A model generated the notes under the pieces. The model saw nothing but the letters and a program-made list of their open reading frames with translations. It was not told where the DNA came from and did no database searches. From a virus (taxonomy: Duplodnaviria; Heunggongvirae; Uroviricota; Caudoviricetes): a stretch of 46,724 bases of DNA. The stretch lies in IMG/VR virus record IMGVR_UViG_2579778634_000020; one strand, 5' to 3'. Both the position numbers and the translations under genes were made by a program. This document shows positions 45,489 to 46,724 of the stretch, piece by piece (within the stretch, counting starts at the first letter, position 1; every line of letters starts with the position of its first letter).

Positions 45489-46724
45489 ATGTCTAAATTA
45501 CCAACAGGTGTCGAGATTAGAGGTAGAAACATTCGCATCTGGTTCATGTTTCGAGGAAAACGATGTCGGGAAACATTAAAAGGCTGGGAGATTACAAACA
45601 GTAATATTAAAAAAGCCGGAAATTTAAGAGCGCTGATAGTTCATGAAATAAACTCCGGTGAATTTGAGTATTTAAGACGTTTTCCCCAGTCCAGCACTGG
45701 GGCAAAAATGGTGACAACGAGAGTCATAAAAACGTTCGGGGAGCTTTGTGATATCTGGACAAAAATTAAAGAGACAGAGTTAACAACAAACACAATGAAG
45801 AAAACGAAATCACAATTAAAAACACTCAGAATAATAATTTGTGAAAGTACCCCGATATCATATATTCGTTATAGCGATATCTTAAACTACCGGAATGAAC
45901 TGCTGCATGGAGAAACGCTTTACCTGGATAATCCAAGATCCAACAAAAAAGGAAGAACCGTGCGCACAGTTGATAACTATATCGCCCTGCTCTGTTCGCT
46001 GTTACGTTTTGCGTATCAGTCGGGATTTATATCAACCAAACCATTTGAAGGAGTAAAAAAATTACAGCGAAACAGAATAAAGCCTGACCCGTTATCTAAA
46101 ACAGAATTCAATGCATTAATGGAAAGTGAAAAAGGACAGAGCCAAAACTTGTGGAAATTTGCCGTTTACTCCGGGCTTCGTCACGGGGAACTGGCAGCTC
46201 TGGCGTGGGAGGATGTGGATTTCGAGAAGGGAATTGTGAATGTCAGAAGAAACCTGACGATACTTGATATGTTCGGTCCCCCAAAAACAAATGCCGGGAT
46301 CCGGACGGTAACATTACTACAGCCAGCTCTTGAAGCACTGAAGGAGCAATACAAACTGACCGGGCATCATCGCAAAAGCGAAATCACTTTTTATCATCGG
46401 GAGTACGGCAGAACCGAAAAGCAAAAACTGCATTTTGTTTTCATGCCCAGGATGTGTAACGGAAAACAGAAACCTTATTACTCGGTAAGCAGTTTGGGTG
46501 CGAGATGGAATGCAGCAGTAAAACGTGCTGGTATTCGCCGCCGTAATCCGTACCATACGCGACATACTTTTGCCTGCTGGCTGTTGACGGCAGGAGCGAA
46601 CCCGGCATTTATAGCCAGCCAGATGGGGCATGAAACTGCGCAGATGGTGTATGAAATTTACGGTATGTGGATTGATGACATGAACGACGAACAGGTAGCC
46701 ATGTTGAATGCGCGGTTATCATAG
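45489..46724 (+). CDS. intR: Tyrosine integrase IntR
   Basis: 411 aa with the C-terminal catalytic region ..YHTRHTFACWLLTAGANPAFIASQMGHETAQMVYEIYG... The stop codon is the last triplet of the window. Confidence 0.95.
   Translation: MSKLPTGVEIRGRNIRIWFMFRGKRCRETLKGWEITNSNIKKAGNLRALIVHEINSGEFEYLRRFPQSSTGAKMVTTRVIKTFGELCDIWTKIKETELTTNTMKKTKSQLKTLRIIICESTPISYIRYSDILNYRNELLHGETLYLDNPRSNKKGRTVRTVDNYIALLCSLLRFAYQSGFISTKPFEGVKKLQRNRIKPDPLSKTEFNALMESEKGQSQNLWKFAVYSGLRHGELAALAWEDVDFEKGIVNVRRNLTILDMFGPPKTNAGIRTVTLLQPALEALKEQYKLTGHHRKSEITFYHREYGRTEKQKLHFVFMPRMCNGKQKPYYSVSSLGARWNAAVKRAGIRRRNPYHTRHTFACWLLTAGANPAFIASQMGHETAQMVYEIYGMWIDDMNDEQVAMLNARLS

Larger units (their letters stand above)
550..46724. 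mobile_element. Rac-family lambdoid prophage. Right end is at the int stop, which is the window edge. Left boundary is unresolved, somewhere in 36-550.
   Basis: Continuous lambdoid gene order from tail fibre to xis/int. Many products match remembered K-12 Rac proteins (TrkG, YdaT, SieB, KilR, RacC, RecET, RalR, XisR, IntR). Confidence 0.9.

Noticed and set aside
1-46724. IS elements, transposases, tRNA/rRNA genes, integron or retron features
   Set aside because: No transposase-like ORF, terminal inverted repeats, cloverleaf-capable segments or reverse-transcriptase motifs were seen on either strand.

Overview
Nearly the whole window is one Rac-family lambdoid prophage of an Escherichia-type genome. 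Late genes lie on the minus strand. From low to high coordinates they are: tfa remnant, side tail fibre, lom, J, I, K, L, M, tape measure, G/GT, tail tube, head-tail joining genes, capsid, scaffold, Mu-F-like protein, portal, TerL and TerS. Next come a ParB-like/GT-A-like gene pair, trkG, the lysis cassette (Rz/Rz1, R, S), a membrane-protein moron, tR', Q and two nin-type genes (DUF1364, DUF1367). After an inserted plus-strand cassette come the minus-strand replication genes (DnaC-like, O-like, ydaT) and a divergent cro-like/repressor switch. The plus-strand early-left operon follows: ydaG, ydaF, antisense sieB, kilR, ydaE, racC, recE, recT, ralR, ydaC, xisR, intR. The window ends exactly at the int stop codon. 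Many K-12 Rac proteins were recognised from memory (TrkG, YdaT, SieB, KilR, RacC, RecE, RecT, RalR, XisR, IntR). The immunity genes and the distal tail fibre look different from my recollection of K-12. The best candidate for an undescribed system is the visibly AT-rich, opposite-strand cassette at about 31.3-34.95 kb, between the nin and replication modules. It holds a hok/sok-like type I toxin locus. It also holds a two-gene operon: a 609-aa ABC-type ATPase with a C-terminal Toprim/DUF4435-like region (OLD/PARIS-like architecture), followed 23 nt later by a complete C5 cytosine methyltransferase. Secondary candidates are the translationally coupled ParB-like/GT-A-like pair at 23967-25683 and a self-contained membrane-protein moron at 29046-29615. 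No rRNA, tRNA, CRISPR array or transposase was seen. All homology statements come from reading motifs and from memory of the protein families; no search was run.
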